From Flavobacteriales bacterium (GTDB taxonomy: Bacteria > Bacteroidota > Bacteroidia > Flavobacteriales > ECT2AJA-044), in NCBI GenBank assembly GCA_965660515.1, contig CBFIAJ010000003.1:27805-91804 (forward strand): a stretch of 64,000 bases of DNA, given 5' to 3'. Both the position numbers and the translations under genes were made by a program. The first letter of the stretch is position 1. The number at the start of each line of letters is the position of its first letter. Below are positions 19,673 to 28,275 of this stretch, one piece after another. Below the pieces are notes generated by a model. That model saw only the letters and a program-made list of their open reading frames with translations. It had not been told where the DNA came from and did not search any database.

Positions 19673-20443
19673 ATGAGAACAAAAATGGTTGCTGGAAACT
19701 GGAAAATGAATCACGATTTCCCCACAGCGGTGGATACGGTTTCAGAAATAGTAGACCGTATGGAAGCGATGGACACTCCCGAAGTATCCGTCGTCATTGC
19801 GCCCCCCTATCTTCACTTGGAGGCGATTCAACAAATGACGGAGGATTTTCCCGCATTGCATACGTCTGCCCAAGATTGCTCGGAACACGAATCGGGGGCG
19901 TTTACAGGGGAGGTTTCAGCCCCGATGATTCATAGTGTCGGTTGCGAATACGTCATTCTAGGACACTCTGAAAGGAGAGCGTACCACGGAGAAACCAGTG
20001 AACAATTACTTAAAAAAATGAGCCGGGCGTTTTCGGCCGGACTCCGCCCTATTTATTGCGTAGGAGAACAATTACAAGATCGATATGATCAAAAGCAAGA
20101 AGCCATTGTTCGTGAGCAATTGAACGATGTGCTGGGCGACCTTACAGAGGAGGAAATGAACCGAGTAGTGATTGCTTATGAACCCGTTTGGGCTATTGGG
20201 ACAGGTGAAACAGCTTCTGCAGAGCAAGCGCAAGAAATGCACGCCTTTATACGCGGTTGGATTAATGAGACGTTTGGAGCAGATTTGGCAGATTCAACAA
20301 CCGTATTGTACGGAGGTAGTTGTAAGCCCGCTAATGCCGCCGAATTATTTTCTCAGCCCGATGTAGATGGCGGACTTATAGGAGGTGCGTCGTTAAAAGC
20401 CGAAGATTTCATGAAGCTCGTAGAAATTCGAAATGCGCTATGA
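19673..20443 (+). CDS. tpiA: Triose-phosphate isomerase
   Basis: VAGNWKMN, ILGHSERR, AYEPVWAIGTG motifs. Trimmed to the ATG at 19673. Confidence 0.9.
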   Translation: MRTKMVAGNWKMNHDFPTAVDTVSEIVDRMEAMDTPEVSVVIAPPYLHLEAIQQMTEDFPALHTSAQDCSEHESGAFTGEVSAPMIHSVGCEYVILGHSERRAYHGETSEQLLKKMSRAFSAGLRPIYCVGEQLQDRYDQKQEAIVREQLNDVLGDLTEEEMNRVVIAYEPVWAIGTGETASAEQAQEMHAFIRGWINETFGADLADSTTVLYGGSCKPANAAELFSQPDVDGGLIGGASLKAEDFMKLVEIRNAL

Positions 20444-21273
20444 ATTATATCGAAGTAGCATGGAATCTGAATGAGGAAGATATCCAACGAGTTTATCTTA
20501 TTGATATGCTCGATTCGGCAGGAGCGGATTCTGTAATCGAAGAAGCGGAGCAATTGATGGCCTATTTTCCGGAAGATACATTCAATAAAGAGCTACTCAT
20601 CGAGCATTACGCTTTTGGAGATCTACCCGAATTTGAAAGTCGAACCGTACAACAGCAAAACTGGAATGAAACTTGGGAAAAGAGTTTTGACCCCATTGAA
20701 ATAGAGAACAAGTTGTATTTACGAGCCTCTTTTCATGCGAGTCGCGCCGAGGAGTTCGATCGTGAAATAGTGATTACTCCGAAAATGAGCTTTGGAACGG
20801 GTCATCACAGCACCACGTATTTAATGTTGTCGTACCTATTAGAATATCCGGCCGTGGGCAAGCGTTTTCTTGATATGGGTGCAGGAACGGGTGTTTTGGC
20901 GATTTTAGCCGCACAACAAGGAGCATCTGAGGTGTGGGCTGTAGACATTGACGAATGGGCGTTTGAAAACGCGAAAGAAAACGCTGAAATGAACGGGGTT
21001 GATGGCTCGGTAGATTTACGCATTGGAAGTTCAGAGCAAATAGAAGATATCGAGTGCGATATTATTTATGCGAATATAAACCGCAACATTCTACTTGATC
21101 AGATTGACGAATATGGCGCTTGCTTGAAAGAGGGCGGTGCTCTATTTATGAGCGGATTTTACACGGAGGATTTGCCTCTAATTGCCGAAGCAGCCCGTAA
21201 ATATGGATTTGAATTAGAAGATAGTCGGGAACAAAAGAATTGGGTTGCAGCCCGCTGGCAGAAACAGATATGA
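20440..21273 (+). CDS. prmA: Ribosomal protein L11 methyltransferase
   Basis: PrmA-like layout with FGTGHHSTT and the SAM motif DMGAGTGVLAI. Overlaps the tpiA stop by 4 nt. Confidence 0.8.
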   Translation: MNYIEVAWNLNEEDIQRVYLIDMLDSAGADSVIEEAEQLMAYFPEDTFNKELLIEHYAFGDLPEFESRTVQQQNWNETWEKSFDPIEIENKLYLRASFHASRAEEFDREIVITPKMSFGTGHHSTTYLMLSYLLEYPAVGKRFLDMGAGTGVLAILAAQQGASEVWAVDIDEWAFENAKENAEMNGVDGSVDLRIGSSEQIEDIECDIIYANINRNILLDQIDEYGACLKEGGALFMSGFYTEDLPLIAEAARKYGFELEDSREQKNWVAARWQKQI

Positions 21274-24200
21274 AGTATTTCCTTTCCGTAGTGCTTTTAA
21301 TTTCCATGAGCTTAGTCAATATGGCCGAGGGGCAAAGAATACGCTCTTTTAGTGACGATGGCGCTACTTTTTTAAACGAATTAAGCACAATCCTACTCGA
21401 AGGCCAAAACGGGGAAGCTTCGGTAGCGTCTATGGATATTTTCAAATCCTATTGGATTTCAGGCGTATATACGGCAGATGAAGAAGTTCAAATCATTTCT
21501 ATGTCTAACCAAATGCTCAAAAAAAGGGTCCGCCCTTTCCCGGGTTTTATGGATTACGTAGAAGCCTTGATTGCGGTAGCCGATTCAGCAGATGATTTAG
21601 TTACATCGAGTTGGTTTCAAAGTACAGCGCAAATCATTGATTCAAAATCGGGCCGAAGTATTGATCAGTACATGCTTCGATCGAAAGAATTGTTTCGCAA
21701 TCGAATCCTGTTTAAGTCGGCAGCACTGGAATGGCGTTGGATTGGTGGTTTAGCGGCCTTCCGGCCGGATGAGGCCGGAATTGTAGATACAGATGAAGGT
21801 GCGCTCATTTGCTATTCAAAGAAGGACTCGAGTGCGGTGTATAACACGCGCATTGCCTTTAATCTAATGGCCGATGAACTAACGGGTCAAGGCGGTGAGC
21901 TGTATTGGACCCGTGCCGGGATCAGTGAAGACTCTCTTCGTGCAGAGTTAGAAACGTATTCCATTAGAACGGATCGTACAGAATGGAAAGCGGATTCTGT
22001 TACGCTTTATAGCAAGTTTTATATTACAGAGCCTATGCTGGGATCGCTCGAAGAGAATATCTTGGCCAGTGCTCGCGAAGGGAACTATCGCTTCCCTGTA
22101 TTTACCAGTTACAATAAGGAATTTCAAATTCCAGATTTCGTTGAAGGCGTGTACTATGAGGGTGGATTCAGTGCCCAAGGGGATCGATTCATCGGCTACG
22201 GTACAGAAGAAAGAAAGGCGAAAATGCTTTTTGAATTTGAGGATGCGCCCCGTTTAAAGGCACTCAGTAATCGTTTCGTTTTAGGTGAAAAGGAAATCAT
22301 TGGCGGAGATTGCCGAATCATGGTAACCATAGAAGAAGATTCGCTTTATCATCCGAAGACACAATTGCGTTTTTTCATTGATGAGCGTCTGCTTTCGCTT
22401 TATAGAGAAGATGAAGGCCTAGCGCAACGCCCCTATTCCAATAGCTATCATAAAGTTGAGATGTATTTTGATCGGCTCGAGTGGGATATGGATGAACCCG
22501 TCATGAAACTGAGCAATTTACAGGCCGGTGATGTAAACCCCGTAGTACTCGAGAGCTTCAACTTTTATCGCGATGAGCGTTTCGACCAACTCCAGGGAAT
22601 GGACGATTCGAATGTGCTTTATGTTTTAAAGAAAATGTGGGAGCGCTCGGATCATCAGGAAGAGTTCTGGATCGAAGAAGTAGCTCAATACCTCCGCATG
22701 GAGCTACATCAGTGCAAACTCCTGATGATGGAAATGACCATTATGGGCTTTGTAAACTACGATTTGGAAGAAGGGCGCGTAAAGTTTGAGAAGCGCATGT
22801 TTGATTATATCAATGCCCGTGGTGGTTTTATTGATTACGACATTATTCGATTTGTCTCGGTAGCCGAAGAAGAGAATGCACGACTTAATTTGCTGAATCA
22901 AGATCTTGAGCTCTACGGCGTACGCCCTATTCTACTGAGCGACAGTCAGAAAGTGGTGTTGTTTCCAGCAGGAGGATTCATGGTTTTGAAGGAGGATCGA
23001 GACTTTAATTTTGGTGGTACCATTCAGGCCGGACGCTTTGATTTTATGGGGCGCGACTTCTTTTTTGAGTACAAGAATTTTCGAATCAATATGAATACCA
23101 TTGATTCCATGAAATTCTTGGTTCCTTCGTTTGAAGCCGATGAATACGGTCGAAGGGAATTGGTTCCTATCAAGAACAAGCTCCAGGATATGACGGGTGA
23201 ATTGTTTATTGACAAGCCCAATAACAAATCGAGCCGGGCTGTATTCCCCGAATATCCCATTTTCAGGTCTGGGAACGACTCGTACGTATACTGGGATGAT
23301 CGCCGCATATTCAACGGGGTTTATGATCGCTCGAGGGTATATTTTCATGTAGAACCCTTTGAAATTGATAGTCTTGACTCTTTTGAAACAGAAGGTCTTG
23401 CCTTCAACGGTCAGTTTTATTCAGGTGATATCTTCCCTATGTTCGAGGAAGATTTAAAAGTGATGCGCGATTATTCGCTCGGCTTTATCACGACCACACC
23501 GAGCACGGGGTATGCCGCCTACGGCGGGAAGGGGCAATATGTGGATACTATAAAAGTCAGTAACGATGGAATTGAAGGCAAAGGTCGATTGGATTATCTC
23601 ACGAGTTCGGTTCACACGACCAATTCGCTCTTCTTTTTAGATTCCATGAATGCAATAGCAGACACTTTTTTACTTCGTGCTCAGTTGGCGGGAACGGAGT
23701 ATCCGCCCGCTAGGGCGGAAAATGCTCGGGTGCATTGGGAACCCTATAATGATGTTATGTTCATCAAGAATGGGAAAGGGCAGCCCTTTAGAATATTCGA
23801 TATTAATGCCGAGCACAAAGGCTTCCTTGCCTTGCGCCCTAGTGGGCTACAAGGAGGTGGAAGAACTGATTTTGAGAATGCGCAAACGGATGCGGCGCTT
23901 TATACGTTCGACCACCATCGCCTTTACAGTGACGCTTTAAATTTTAGGGTGCATTTGGTCTTGGATACAAAATGGTCTTTCTCTTTAAACAATGCACGAG
24001 GCGATATTGATTTCAGTCAACGACGTGGAGAATTCACTTTGAATGACCCGGGTTATCCTATTGAATTACAAGATAATAGATATTCTGTTTACATGGATCA
24101 CGCTGTGTGGGACATGGATGCAAAAACGTTTGATTTGGATCAGTTAGCCACGGCGCGACCTGCATATATGGTGAGTAACCATCCGGACCAGGACAGTCTT

Positions 24201-25688
24201 AATTATGAAGCTAAAACGGCAAAATACTATATGGCCGATACGCTTTTAGAGGGGTTTGGCGTGGATCAAATGGCGGTTGCCGATGCGTGGATTTATCCGG
24301 ATAGCGCTTTTGTTTCTATTGGTAGAAATGCCAACATGGCTCGTTTGAGGAATGCAAACGTATCCGTGTTGTGGAAGGATCCTTATCATGAATTTTACGA
24401 AGCAACGTTGAAAGTTAAAGGGAGAAATGATTATTGGGGTAATTCGAAGATCGATTATTATGATCGATATGAAGAGGCCTTCCCAATAATCATGGATACG
24501 ATGTACGTCGATGCGGCCTATCAGACGCTCGCCCACGGAGTGGTGCCGAGTGAACAAGAGTTTTACCTCTCACCTTTCTTTAGTTTCGAAGGGGAAGTTT
24601 TTGTTTACGGGAACGATCCAGATTTTGTATTTGATGGCTTCACGGAAATTCAACATGCTTGCGATGCCGTGGTTACCGATAAAATTCCTTTTCGATCAAA
24701 GATCGACCCAGGGCGAATTGCCGTGGACTTAAGTCGTTTAGAGGCTGAAAGAGAAAGAAATCAATTGTATTCGGGATTGTTCTACACACCTGATCCCATG
24801 GATATGACGAGTAATTTCCTATCGAAAAAAGCGAATGCTTACTCAGAGCCTAATTTTACAAGTACGGGTTGGTTGATTTACGATGAAAGTTCCAACGAAT
24901 ACCAGATATCGACCGAAGCTCGTTTGGCGAATGAGGATATCCCCGATCAATTCATGGCCTTTAACAATAAAACATGTGAAGTTCGCGGATCGGGAGCATT
25001 TGAATTAGATAAGGATTTACAGGGAGTGTATTTGAATACACGGGGTGAGTATGTGCATGATTTAGGTCGAGATACCATTGAGATGGATCTTTTCATGGGC
25101 TTAGGTTTCTTTTTTAACAATGAGGCGCTCGGGCTGATGGCGAATAACATAAATGACGACAACAGCTTAAAAGGTGTTGATTTAGACCGCCCCGCGTATA
25201 GAGACGCGCTTATTTCGATTTTAGGCAAAGAAAAAGCCCTTCTGTACATGGAGGAAGTAAGAACCTATGGTAGCGTTGAAAAACTCCCGAAAGAATTGAG
25301 GCAAATGACTCTGGTGTTAACGGATGTTCAATGGGCCTGGAACGATTATACGAGCAGTTACCTTACTGTGGGCGATATCGGTATTGGAAGTATTGGCGAA
25401 TACCAGGTGAATAAAAAAGTACAAGGTAAAATGGAACTTGTGCGAAAGAGACGCCAGGATGAGTTCACTCTTTACTTGCAGTTAGACCGGAGGAACTGGT
25501 ACTACTTTGCACTTCGCAGAAACATCATGCAGATTCTATCTTCCGATGAGTTGTTCAATGATGAAATCAAAGATTTAGACTTAAAGAAACGACAGGTTAA
25601 ATTAGACAATGGACAATACTTCCAATATACAATTAGTACAAAGCGAAGAGTTGATCAATGGTTGTCGCGATTTGACGAATTCTATTAA
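21270..25688 (+). CDS. Large secreted protein of unknown function (1472 aa)
   Basis: Long uninterrupted ORF. Trimming to the ATG at 21270 gives signal peptide MKYFLSVVLLISMSLVNMAEG. The start overlaps the prmA stop (ATGA). I recognise no motif. Confidence 0.75.
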   Translation: MKYFLSVVLLISMSLVNMAEGQRIRSFSDDGATFLNELSTILLEGQNGEASVASMDIFKSYWISGVYTADEEVQIISMSNQMLKKRVRPFPGFMDYVEALIAVADSADDLVTSSWFQSTAQIIDSKSGRSIDQYMLRSKELFRNRILFKSAALEWRWIGGLAAFRPDEAGIVDTDEGALICYSKKDSSAVYNTRIAFNLMADELTGQGGELYWTRAGISEDSLRAELETYSIRTDRTEWKADSVTLYSKFYITEPMLGSLEENILASAREGNYRFPVFTSYNKEFQIPDFVEGVYYEGGFSAQGDRFIGYGTEERKAKMLFEFEDAPRLKALSNRFVLGEKEIIGGDCRIMVTIEEDSLYHPKTQLRFFIDERLLSLYREDEGLAQRPYSNSYHKVEMYFDRLEWDMDEPVMKLSNLQAGDVNPVVLESFNFYRDERFDQLQGMDDSNVLYVLKKMWERSDHQEEFWIEEVAQYLRMELHQCKLLMMEMTIMGFVNYDLEEGRVKFEKRMFDYINARGGFIDYDIIRFVSVAEEENARLNLLNQDLELYGVRPILLSDSQKVVLFPAGGFMVLKEDRDFNFGGTIQAGRFDFMGRDFFFEYKNFRINMNTIDSMKFLVPSFEADEYGRRELVPIKNKLQDMTGELFIDKPNNKSSRAVFPEYPIFRSGNDSYVYWDDRRIFNGVYDRSRVYFHVEPFEIDSLDSFETEGLAFNGQFYSGDIFPMFEEDLKVMRDYSLGFITTTPSTGYAAYGGKGQYVDTIKVSNDGIEGKGRLDYLTSSVHTTNSLFFLDSMNAIADTFLLRAQLAGTEYPPARAENARVHWEPYNDVMFIKNGKGQPFRIFDINAEHKGFLALRPSGLQGGGRTDFENAQTDAALYTFDHHRLYSDALNFRVHLVLDTKWSFSLNNARGDIDFSQRRGEFTLNDPGYPIELQDNRYSVYMDHAVWDMDAKTFDLDQLATARPAYMVSNHPDQDSLNYEAKTAKYYMADTLLEGFGVDQMAVADAWIYPDSAFVSIGRNANMARLRNANVSVLWKDPYHEFYEATLKVKGRNDYWGNSKIDYYDRYEEAFPIIMDTMYVDAAYQTLAHGVVPSEQEFYLSPFFSFEGEVFVYGNDPDFVFDGFTEIQHACDAVVTDKIPFRSKIDPGRIAVDLSRLEAERERNQLYSGLFYTPDPMDMTSNFLSKKANAYSEPNFTSTGWLIYDESSNEYQISTEARLANEDIPDQFMAFNNKTCEVRGSGAFELDKDLQGVYLNTRGEYVHDLGRDTIEMDLFMGLGFFFNNEALGLMANNINDDNSLKGVDLDRPAYRDALISILGKEKALLYMEEVRTYGSVEKLPKELRQMTLVLTDVQWAWNDYTSSYLTVGDIGIGSIGEYQVNKKVQGKMELVRKRRQDEFTLYLQLDRRNWYYFALRRNIMQILSSDELFNDEIKDLDLKKRQVKLDNGQYFQYTISTKRRVDQWLSRFDEFY

Positions 25689-25724
25689 TAGCCTTTTGTA
25701 TCTTTGCCACTTCAATTGAGAGAC

Positions 25725-25994
25725 ATGCAAGAAGAAGTACTTGAAGTAGTTAAAAGAAAAGAATCAAAGGTTCGCGATCGCCAGTTAATTATTCATAACG
25801 ACGATGTGAATACCTTTGATTTCGTTATTGAGTGTTTGATTTCCATTTGCGAGCACGACTTAATTCAGGCGGAACAGTGTACCTTGATTATACATCACAA
25901 TGGAAAATGTACGGTGAAGACCGGCGCGATTGAAAAGCTAAAGCCGATGTGCCTATCCCTTTTGAATAAAGGTTTGTCGGCTGAGATATATTAA
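25725..25994 (+). CDS. clpS: ATP-dependent Clp protease adaptor ClpS
   Basis: LIIHNDDVNTFDFVIECLISICEHDLIQAEQCTLIIHHNGKCTV is ClpS-like. Trimmed to the ATG at 25725. Confidence 0.85.
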   Translation: MQEEVLEVVKRKESKVRDRQLIIHNDDVNTFDFVIECLISICEHDLIQAEQCTLIIHHNGKCTVKTGAIEKLKPMCLSLLNKGLSAEIY

Positions 25995-26013
25995 AGACAG
26001 GTATTCAATAAAT

Positions 26014-26048
26014 AAAAAAGCCTTCCCAAAATATGGGAAGGCTTTTTT
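26014..26048. terminator. Bidirectional terminator between clpS and tRNA-Arg
   Basis: A6-GCCTTCCC-aaaatat-GGGAAGGC-T6, so there is a U-tract on both strands. Confidence 0.75.
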
Positions 26049-26051
26049 GTG

Positions 26052-26125
26052 TGACTCTGCAGGGATTCGAACCCCGAACCTCCTGATCCGTAGTCAAGTG
26101 CTCTATCCAGTTAAGCTACAGAGCC
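26052..26125 (-). tRNA. tRNA-Arg (anticodon ACG)
   Basis: The reverse complement folds by hand into a cloverleaf. Acceptor GGCTCTG/CAGAGTC, D arm GCTT..GAGC, anticodon arm CTTGA-CTACGGA-TCAGG, 5-nt variable loop, T arm CGGGG-TTCGAAT-CCCTG, discriminator A. CCA is not encoded. Confidence 0.9.
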
Positions 26126-26294
26126 ATTACTGAGGTGCAAAGATATAATTTTATTAAAGTAAAATCATACTGTATGGCACTTAAAATGGTGCTTACTTGC
26201 GGTTTTTTGGGTTAAAAAAGGAGTAATGTGTTTGTTTTGAGGCATCTACGTCGAGCGATGCGAAATATTTAGTAATTTGCACGTTGATCAATGC

Positions 26295-26326
26295 AAAAAA
26301 GGTAGGCATCCTTTTGGACACCTACC
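26295..26326 (-). terminator. Orphan minus-strand hairpin plus U-tract inside the long intergenic region
   Basis: On the minus strand: GGTAGG-(14-nt loop with inner TCC/GGA pairs)-CCTACC followed by TTTTTT. No annotated minus-strand gene lies upstream of it. Confidence 0.4.
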
Positions 26327-26368
26327 CTTGTTTGCGGGTTTAATCAAAACTTTCTATTTCTTCTACGT

Positions 26369-26470
26369 GGTGTGTAGAATTAGGAAGTCATGAACACAAT
26401 GGGTGAGCGTTTTACCTACGCGACGCTCAAAGGTGTGTAGCATAATTAGGAAAAAAGCTACGGTCATGAA
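26369..26470 (+). repeat. Imperfect direct repeat module GGTGTGTAG..AATTAGGAA..GTCATGAA (two copies)
   Basis: Copy 1 is 26369-26394 (GGTGTGTAGAATTAGGAAGTCATGAA). Copy 2 is 26432-26470, the same blocks with 3-nt and 10-nt insertions. The hairpin GAGCGT-12 nt-ACGCTC (26405-26428) lies between them. Confidence 0.6.
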
Positions 26471-26479
26471 ACGTTGTTT

Positions 26480-26509
26480 ACGGCGTTCCGAGCCGTGGTT
26501 TTTTGTTTT
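26480..26509 (+). terminator. Plus-strand hairpin plus U-tract inside the intergenic region
   Basis: ACGGC-gttccga-GCCGT, then GG TTTTTT G TTTT. No annotated + strand gene lies upstream, which suggests a short transcript or an attenuator. Confidence 0.45.
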
Positions 26510-26701
26510 ATGTCAGAATACGAAACCCTCCACAATTAAAAGTTATCTGGTTGTACAAATCCGAAATCTTGGATTTCTTCTATTGAATAACCGAAAGCGA
26601 GGAAGAGGTTGATTAAGAATTGCATGATATTTGTTTTTGTGATTAAACCTGAGACAAATATCCAAGAAGTACATGGCATCACACAGGAGATTTCTCTCCA
26701 A

Positions 26702-26712
26702 TTTGGACAACG
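26702..26712 (+). repeat. 11-mer TTTGGACAACG, copy 1
   Basis: Exact repeat of 26851-26861. The core TTTGGACA also occurs at 26313-26320 inside the orphan hairpin. Confidence 0.6.
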
Positions 26713-26850
26713 CTATAACACTCGACTTGCTTTACAACAGTCTTTTAATATATTTCCGCTGTATTAAAATACGAACCCTTCCATTATCTTTTTCTTTTGA
26801 CTACAAACATCGTATAGTTTCATAGGCTACGAAACGAAAGTTTTTTCTAT

Positions 26851-26861
26851 TTTGGACAACG
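26851..26861 (+). repeat. 11-mer TTTGGACAACG, copy 2, abutting the start codon of the first islet gene
   Basis: Exact repeat ending 1 nt before the ATG at 26862. Confidence 0.6.
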
Positions 26862-28274
26862 ATGAAGAATTTAGATAGATACAATCGTATAACCTCTCTC
26901 CAACAATCTTTGAATCAAGCCGAGAGCAATGTCTTGTCTCTGTATCTCAATTCTTTTTATGCGCCTTTTAGTTCCGATGGGAGCGTTTATGAAAGTGTAT
27001 TTAAAGAAATGGATGGTAATACTGACTATGACCAGTTTCTGATTAATTTAAATTGGGGTAATAAAAATGATGATTCAGTTAGGAAGAATTTAGAGCGATA
27101 TGAAGAGAAACTTTTCGAGAGCTTAGTCATTCCCATTAATGTTAACAGAAAGGAATCTCTAGAATCCCTTGATAGAGATTACATAAGAATTCTTTGGTAT
27201 TTGCAGGTCGCTAAAAGACTATTGATACTAGGTAGTATTGATAATGGTCTCCGGATTTTAAGGAAAATTCTCAAGATTGGTAAAAGGATTGAAAGCTTTG
27301 ATTTTGTTTTGGCATCATTGTATCAAATTTCTAGCCTTTCCACTTTTCGGCAAATACCAATTAAATCTTTGAAAATAAGAGATGAAATAGCCTATTACGA
27401 AAAGGCACGAAACGAATACAATAGGTCTCATTTGCTTCGAGAGGATGTCTTCCGCTATAATCTAATTAGTAACCTGAGCGAATCGGAAGGGCTCGAACTC
27501 AGCAGACTATTTCAGCAGTCAGAAGAATTGGTAAACACAAAACACCCTTCAGTCAAGCGCAATGTCCTTTACGCTCAATTACTATATTTTGATAAACAAA
27601 AAGAATATTCAAATTGCCAAGAAATTTGTAAGACTTTGGATTCTTTGATAGAATCAAATTATTCTATTCGAAAAAAAAGAGAGCGAGATACATTAAAGGT
27701 TAACCTAGTGCTGTTCAGTATTTTAGAATTGGATTTCTCGAAATCAAAAGAGCTGGTTTCTGGCTTGCTAAATGACGATTCTATTTCTGGACCGACAAAA
27801 AACTTTCTCGATGTCTTGTACGCCCGGATTTTGCTTAATAACGGAGAGGTTAAAGAATCGATTAGGTACACAGATCAACGTTTATCGGAAAAATCTTTTT
27901 CGATGCTATATAAATCGCAAATGGAATTAGTTAAAGGAGTGGCAAGCTTTCTGTCAGGAGACTATAAATATTCAATCGGAATATTTTCCGATATAGAGGA
28001 TCTCAAGAAAGACAAAACCGGCTGGAATTTTTTTGCAAGAGGATATCTAATATTGGCCTATTTCAAAGCTAACATGTATGATGTCGCGTTAAACGAGCTT
28101 GAAAATTTCAAACGCTATTTACACGGAAAGAAGTTAGATGAACGCCAGTCTTCTATTTTCTTGAGAATCAAATCTATAGTGCTGAACTCTCAACCTTCAA
28201 AATTAAAAGGACATTGGGATCCAACTTCACCGGAAATATTCGATATGGAGAAACTCTTCGCCGATCATATTTAA
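26862..28274 (+). CDS. Hypothetical helical-repeat protein, islet paralog A (470 aa)
   Basis: Long ORF in the AT-rich islet with an ATG start. No signal peptide, TM helix or nucleotide-binding motif. Clearly paralogous to the next ORF. Confidence 0.75.
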   Translation: MKNLDRYNRITSLQQSLNQAESNVLSLYLNSFYAPFSSDGSVYESVFKEMDGNTDYDQFLINLNWGNKNDDSVRKNLERYEEKLFESLVIPINVNRKESLESLDRDYIRILWYLQVAKRLLILGSIDNGLRILRKILKIGKRIESFDFVLASLYQISSLSTFRQIPIKSLKIRDEIAYYEKARNEYNRSHLLREDVFRYNLISNLSESEGLELSRLFQQSEELVNTKHPSVKRNVLYAQLLYFDKQKEYSNCQEICKTLDSLIESNYSIRKKRERDTLKVNLVLFSILELDFSKSKELVSGLLNDDSISGPTKNFLDVLYARILLNNGEVKESIRYTDQRLSEKSFSMLYKSQMELVKGVASFLSGDYKYSIGIFSDIEDLKKDKTGWNFFARGYLILAYFKANMYDVALNELENFKRYLHGKKLDERQSSIFLRIKSIVLNSQPSKLKGHWDPTSPEIFDMEKLFADHI

Positions 28275-28275
28275 A

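Noticed and set aside
26403-26612. 69-aa plus-strand ORF in the islet leader
   Set aside because: It has a non-ATG start and runs straight through a terminator hairpin and U-tract. Its composition is Arg/Cys/Lys-rich with no structure. I treat it as non-coding and describe the region as candidate RNA or regulatory DNA instead.
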